A stretch of 64,000 bases of DNA from Gammaproteobacteria bacterium (GTDB lineage Bacteria; Pseudomonadota; Gammaproteobacteria; Ga0077536): the NCBI GenBank assembly GCA_963662545.2, contig CAXXLL010000002.1:1024001-1088000 (forward strand), in the 5' to 3' direction. This document shows positions 60,308-64,000 of this stretch, piece after piece. The position numbers and the translations under genes were made by a program. The notes beneath the pieces are model-generated. The model did not search any database and had not been told where the DNA came from. It was given only the letters and a program-made list of their open reading frames with translations. Positions within the stretch are counted from its first letter, which is position 1; every line of letters starts with the position of its first letter.

Positions 60308-61759
60308 TCAGCCGGCGCGCGTGCCGAGCGTGCCTGCGGGGTCGAGCGCCTGCCCGATGAGATCGTAGAGATGCGCGAGTCCCGTTCCATTCTGATTTTC
60401 GGCGACGGCGCGTGTTAAATCCGGACTGTCGTGCGTGATGGCATAGCCTGCCTCGGTCAGCCGCTTCATGGTGACCAGGACTGTGTCACGCTTGGCCGTA
60501 CGATCGGCGGCGCCGTAGGGGACTTCGATGCGCAGGAACAGGGTGCGCCAGCTCAGCGCGAATTCGGCGAGAAAGCTGATATCCGTCTTGCCCAGCTCGT
60601 CCGCGACGATGCTGAACATCGTCTTCGCGTCGGTTTCTTCCATGGCGGCGGACGCTACGAACCACATCGGGTCATCGGCCGGAGCCGCATCGCTGTACGT
60701 GGGAACACCACGCATCAGCTTCGTTCGGGTCGTCCATGCTGCATCGTCGCGACCGTCTTTCGCCGAAAAGACTTTCGCGCCCGGCAGCGATCCCAGCGCG
60801 TCGCCCAACCTATCCCAGACGAATGCGACGTTGTCAGGCAGCCCATAGAGCGCGCCGTATAGATTCCAGGTACCGAGCGCTCCGGATTGGACCAGCTCAT
60901 CGACGTCGGATGCCGTCGTGTCAGTAAGCTTATCGAGCAGTGCGCGCTCCCTGTCGATATGACTGATCGCCACGGTGTTGGGGACGGTCATCTCGATCTT
61001 GAACGGCCGCAGCAATTCGACGGCAGCGCCGACCGCGGCCTCGTTCGGCAAGGTGACCATGAAGGGATGATAGGCCGGCGGCGCGGGCATGAGCCAGAGG
61101 CCGAGCTTAGACACGACGGCGAAGTCCGATCGCGAGAACAGTCCGTCCAGATAGGGCCCGAAATTATATTTGAACAACTGCCAGGTATTGTTGCTGGGCA
61201 GTGCACCCATGCCGGTACGGGTGACCGTGCCGTTGGCGAGGACGACCTCCATGCCGCATTGCATGAGCAGATGATCGCCGTACGGCGTGAAGCCGTAAGC
61301 GCGCTCGCAAATGCTGCCGCAGATGGAATGCGCGCCGTTTCGATCGCAGTCGACCCAGAACGGCAAGCCCTTGTCGTCAATGTGCGCAAGCAGACGGTCG
61401 AAGCTGACGCCGGGTTCCAGCAGTGCGCACGCCGAGTCGGTGTCGAATTCCAAGATCCGATCCATGCGAGTGAGATCCAGCAGCAACGACGGCCGCTCCA
61501 GATTGCCGACGGTTGCGCCGTTACCCGCATGGTTGGGCGTGCACCACAGGCTGTATCCGGTCTCCACCGCAAGCCTGACGAGCGCTTGTAGCTCTTCGAC
61601 CGATGCGGGCTGAACCACGGCCTGAGGCCACGCGGTATCCGGCACCCAAGGTCCGGCCAGGCGATCGATCCGGGGTGCATGGGCGTCGTCCATCGCGAGG
61701 ACCTGGCCATTGCCCAGAAGCGCTTCGGCTTTCGAGATGATCCCGTCGGTTGATCGCAT
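60308..61759 (-). CDS. degenerate VAO/PCMH-family FAD-binding protein
   Basis: LDLTRMDRI, EPGVSF, GFTPYGDH, CGMEVVLANG, GPYLDGLF, LDPAG; catalytic motifs eroded. Confidence 0.85.
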   Translation of the reverse strand: MRSTDGIISKAEALLGNGQVLAMDDAHAPRIDRLAGPWVPDTAWPQAVVQPASVEELQALVRLAVETGYSLWCTPNHAGNGATVGNLERPSLLLDLTRMDRILEFDTDSACALLEPGVSFDRLLAHIDDKGLPFWVDCDRNGAHSICGSICERAYGFTPYGDHLLMQCGMEVVLANGTVTRTGMGALPSNNTWQLFKYNFGPYLDGLFSRSDFAVVSKLGLWLMPAPPAYHPFMVTLPNEAAVGAAVELLRPFKIEMTVPNTVAISHIDRERALLDKLTDTTASDVDELVQSGALGTWNLYGALYGLPDNVAFVWDRLGDALGSLPGAKVFSAKDGRDDAAWTTRTKLMRGVPTYSDAAPADDPMWFVASAAMEETDAKTMFSIVADELGKTDISFLAEFALSWRTLFLRIEVPYGAADRTAKRDTVLVTMKRLTEAGYAITHDSPDLTRAVAENQNGTGLAHLYDLIGQALDPAGTLGTRAG

Positions 61760-61775
61760 GCCCTTAGCGCTCCCC

Positions 61776-62174
61776 TTACTCGCCGTCGTAGTTCTGTGCG
61801 ACGTAAGCGGCGAGTGCGGCGAGTTCCTCGTCCACGATTTCGGTCGGGCGAAACGGCGGCATCATCTGCGTGCCGGAACGCACGATCTCTTCGACCGCCG
61901 CGGGCGCCAGGTCATTGCGCGCCAACAGGGCGGCCTGTCCGTCGCCCAGCCGCAACGCCAGGCGCATGGTACCGGGATGACCCGGTCCGGCGTCGTGACA
62001 GCCAGCACAATGGTGATCGTAGAGGCGCTGCCCCGAAGCACTTGGCGTGGGTGCCTGGGTGACCTGGGCGCGTACGCTTCCGGACTCATTGTCCGTGCCG
62101 GCGTCGGTCGCGGTGTCGTCGGCGCAACCCGCGATCACCGTGACCACGCTAATGATCAATAAAGAAAATCGCAT
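61776..62174 (-). CDS. monoheme cytochrome c lipoprotein (PchC-like)
   Basis: IAGC lipobox-like, CAGCH, HPGT..L, MPPFRPTEI. Confidence 0.88.
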   Translation of the reverse strand: MRFSLLIISVVTVIAGCADDTATDAGTDNESGSVRAQVTQAPTPSASGQRLYDHHCAGCHDAGPGHPGTMRLALRLGDGQAALLARNDLAPAAVEEIVRSGTQMMPPFRPTEIVDEELAALAAYVAQNYDGE

Positions 62175-62177
62175 CGC

Positions 62178-63734
62178 TCAGGTGCTCCGCGACCGACCCG
62201 GCCAGATGCCCTGTTTGCCGGGGGACAGGATCCCGTCCGGATCGAGGGCGTCCTTGATGGCTTCGTGCGCGCGATAAAGGGCGCGGTCGTTCCAGTCGTA
62301 GGTAGCGGCGATCGCATCCATGTAATCGAGATGGGTGCGGTATTCGCCGTAGCCTTCACGGGCGGCTTCCGCGACGAGCGCGGTGAACAATTCGCGAACC
62401 TGGCGCTTGTGATCTTCGTCGGTGCGATCGAACACCAGCATCAGCACGTGATGCATGTCGCGCCAGCCGACCAGGAATTCGCCAATGTAATCGAAACCGA
62501 AGCGGTGGCAGAGATCGCGCATCACGTGGAATTGCCTGAGTGCGCCGTCGCCCGTGACCGGCGAGATCGGTGAGAAATCGATGTGCGAGCCCGGACCCAG
62601 CCAGTTCAGCAATCCGAATTCCGTCATATTGGGGATCCCGCGCATGAGTTTAGCGCGGTAATCGAAGGCCGCATCGCCGGCACGGTCTGCGGCGGAGTAA
62701 AAGCGCGCGCCCTTGACCTGGCGAAAGCTTTCCTCGATGACTTTCCAGTTGTTGTCCATGATCGGCTCGGGTCCGTACAAGGCGCCGTAGAAATTCCAGC
62801 TGCCGATCTCTAGGTCTTGAGCTATCTTGCGGCGCGCGCTTTCCGGCATCACGCCTTGGCCGTCGAAATACTGCGCCTTTGTTACTTTCACCGCCGCCTC
62901 CCAGATCAGACCGACGGTCGTCGCCGCGTTGGGGATGAGCATATTGATCTTGAGGGGCCGGGTGATCTCGGTGATCGGATGGATGTCGTCTTCTTCCGGG
63001 AACGTGATCAGGTAGGGACGGTAGCCCGGTGGTTCCGGCATCAACCAGATCCCGATTTGGGTGATGATGCCGAAATTCGATTGCGTGAAGATGCCGTCGA
63101 CCCAGGGTCCGTGACCGTATTTGTAGAGATGTTTGGACCGGGCCTGCGGTACCGTTCCCATGGCGGTGTCGACCACCGTGCCGTCGGCGAGCACCACCTG
63201 CATGCCGCATTGCGCGGTGAAGTGTTCGCCGTAGGGGGTATAGCCGACGCCACGATCGGCGAGATTGCCGAGCACACCGCCCCAGGCCGGCGCCGAAGGA
63301 TCCGACCACAATTTGAGATCGCGCGCTTGCAGATACCGGTACAGATCCTGGTAGGTCACGCCGGGTTCGACCACGGCATAGGCATGCTTCTCATTCACTT
63401 CGATGATGCGATTCATGCGCTTGAGATCGAGCACGATGCAACCCGCCTTGCGCGGCGCAGGACCGCCGTAGCCGAAATTTCGGCCGGTGGAGACCGTCCA
63501 CAATGGGATCTTCCACTTACGCGCGATCGCCAGGACCCGCTGAATTTGTTCGATGTCGAGCGGGGCAACGGCGGCCGAAGGCGCGTTGTCTTCTAATTGG
63601 CGCGGCGTGTAGGCATCCGTATAACTCGTATATCGGGCATCGTCCTGTACGATCACCGCATTGGGGCTCAGTGCGTCACGCAGTTCGCCGATGGCATTAT
63701 CGAAGTCGGCCTGTACGACGCCTTCGGGCAGCAT
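62178..63734 (-). CDS. VAO/PCMH-family 4-alkylphenol oxidoreductase flavoprotein (PchF/EUGO-like)
   Basis: STGRNFGYGG, GVGYTPYG, GPWVDGIFTQSNFG, NWLGPGSHIDFSP, YGEYRTH, LDPDGILSPGKQGIWP. Confidence 0.93.
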   Translation of the reverse strand: MLPEGVVQADFDNAIGELRDALSPNAVIVQDDARYTSYTDAYTPRQLEDNAPSAAVAPLDIEQIQRVLAIARKWKIPLWTVSTGRNFGYGGPAPRKAGCIVLDLKRMNRIIEVNEKHAYAVVEPGVTYQDLYRYLQARDLKLWSDPSAPAWGGVLGNLADRGVGYTPYGEHFTAQCGMQVVLADGTVVDTAMGTVPQARSKHLYKYGHGPWVDGIFTQSNFGIITQIGIWLMPEPPGYRPYLITFPEEDDIHPITEITRPLKINMLIPNAATTVGLIWEAAVKVTKAQYFDGQGVMPESARRKIAQDLEIGSWNFYGALYGPEPIMDNNWKVIEESFRQVKGARFYSAADRAGDAAFDYRAKLMRGIPNMTEFGLLNWLGPGSHIDFSPISPVTGDGALRQFHVMRDLCHRFGFDYIGEFLVGWRDMHHVLMLVFDRTDEDHKRQVRELFTALVAEAAREGYGEYRTHLDYMDAIAATYDWNDRALYRAHEAIKDALDPDGILSPGKQGIWPGRSRST

Positions 63735-63749
63735 GGACCTTTCCCTTTT

Positions 63750-64000
63750 TCAGCCGCGGCGCAGCGACCAGGACACGAGATACGCGGTGGAGCCGGTTCC
63801 TTGCGCCGGGGCAACGCCCGTCAATTGGGCCTTTTCGGTGCTGTCGGGCGAGGACAACAGAGACAGCGATGCGGCCATTGCCTCAATCCAGGATGCGGGA
63901 TTGGTCTCCACTGCGTCGCCGAGGGCATCGACGAAGCGGCCATGACCTTCCAATCGGTGCGAAAACCGGCCGCTTCGAAAATCGTGGATGCCGAGGTAAT
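63750..64000 (-). CDS. 3' part of a hypothetical protein, possibly a PchX-like accessory protein
   Basis: Open from the window edge to a stop 15 bp before the flavoprotein start; ends LVSWSLRRG. PchX label rests on context only. Confidence 0.5.
   Translation of the reverse strand, partial: YLGIHDFRSGRFSHRLEGHGRFVDALGDAVETNPASWIEAMAASLSLLSSPDSTEKAQLTGVAPAQGTGSTAYLVSWSLRRG

Noticed and set aside
1-64000. CRISPR array, tRNA, rRNA, prophage or integron
   Set aside because: No regularly spaced direct repeats, cloverleaf/T-loop signatures, phage genes or integrase seen

Overview
A 64-kb high-GC bacterial window, probably from a Gram-negative (proteobacterial) chromosome. It is dominated by catabolic and redox genes: crotonases, alpha/beta hydrolases, LLM oxidoreductases, a CoA-transferase, a hydantoinase/oxoprolinase pair, a GcvT-family amine oxidase, two MetE-like proteins, a PQQ dehydrogenase with an MxaJ/XoxJ-like partner, and a p-cresol-methylhydroxylase-like flavocytochrome cluster. 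The best candidate for an undescribed system is a six-gene surface-fibre (non-canonical chaperone/usher- or WxL-like) locus at about 13.0-18.3 kb. It has Cys-free pilin-like subunits, a chaperone-like protein and an atypical outer-membrane platform protein, and is controlled by a consensus sigma-54 promoter with three phased CRP-type boxes. Mobile DNA is abundant. An IS66 element sits in a sensor kinase and is itself interrupted by an ISL3 with a probable -1 frameshift. There are five ~160-bp MITE-like hairpin elements in three families (two share an ERIC-like core) and several REP-like palindromes. No rRNA, tRNA or CRISPR array was seen. All calls come from reading motifs by eye; no database searches were run.
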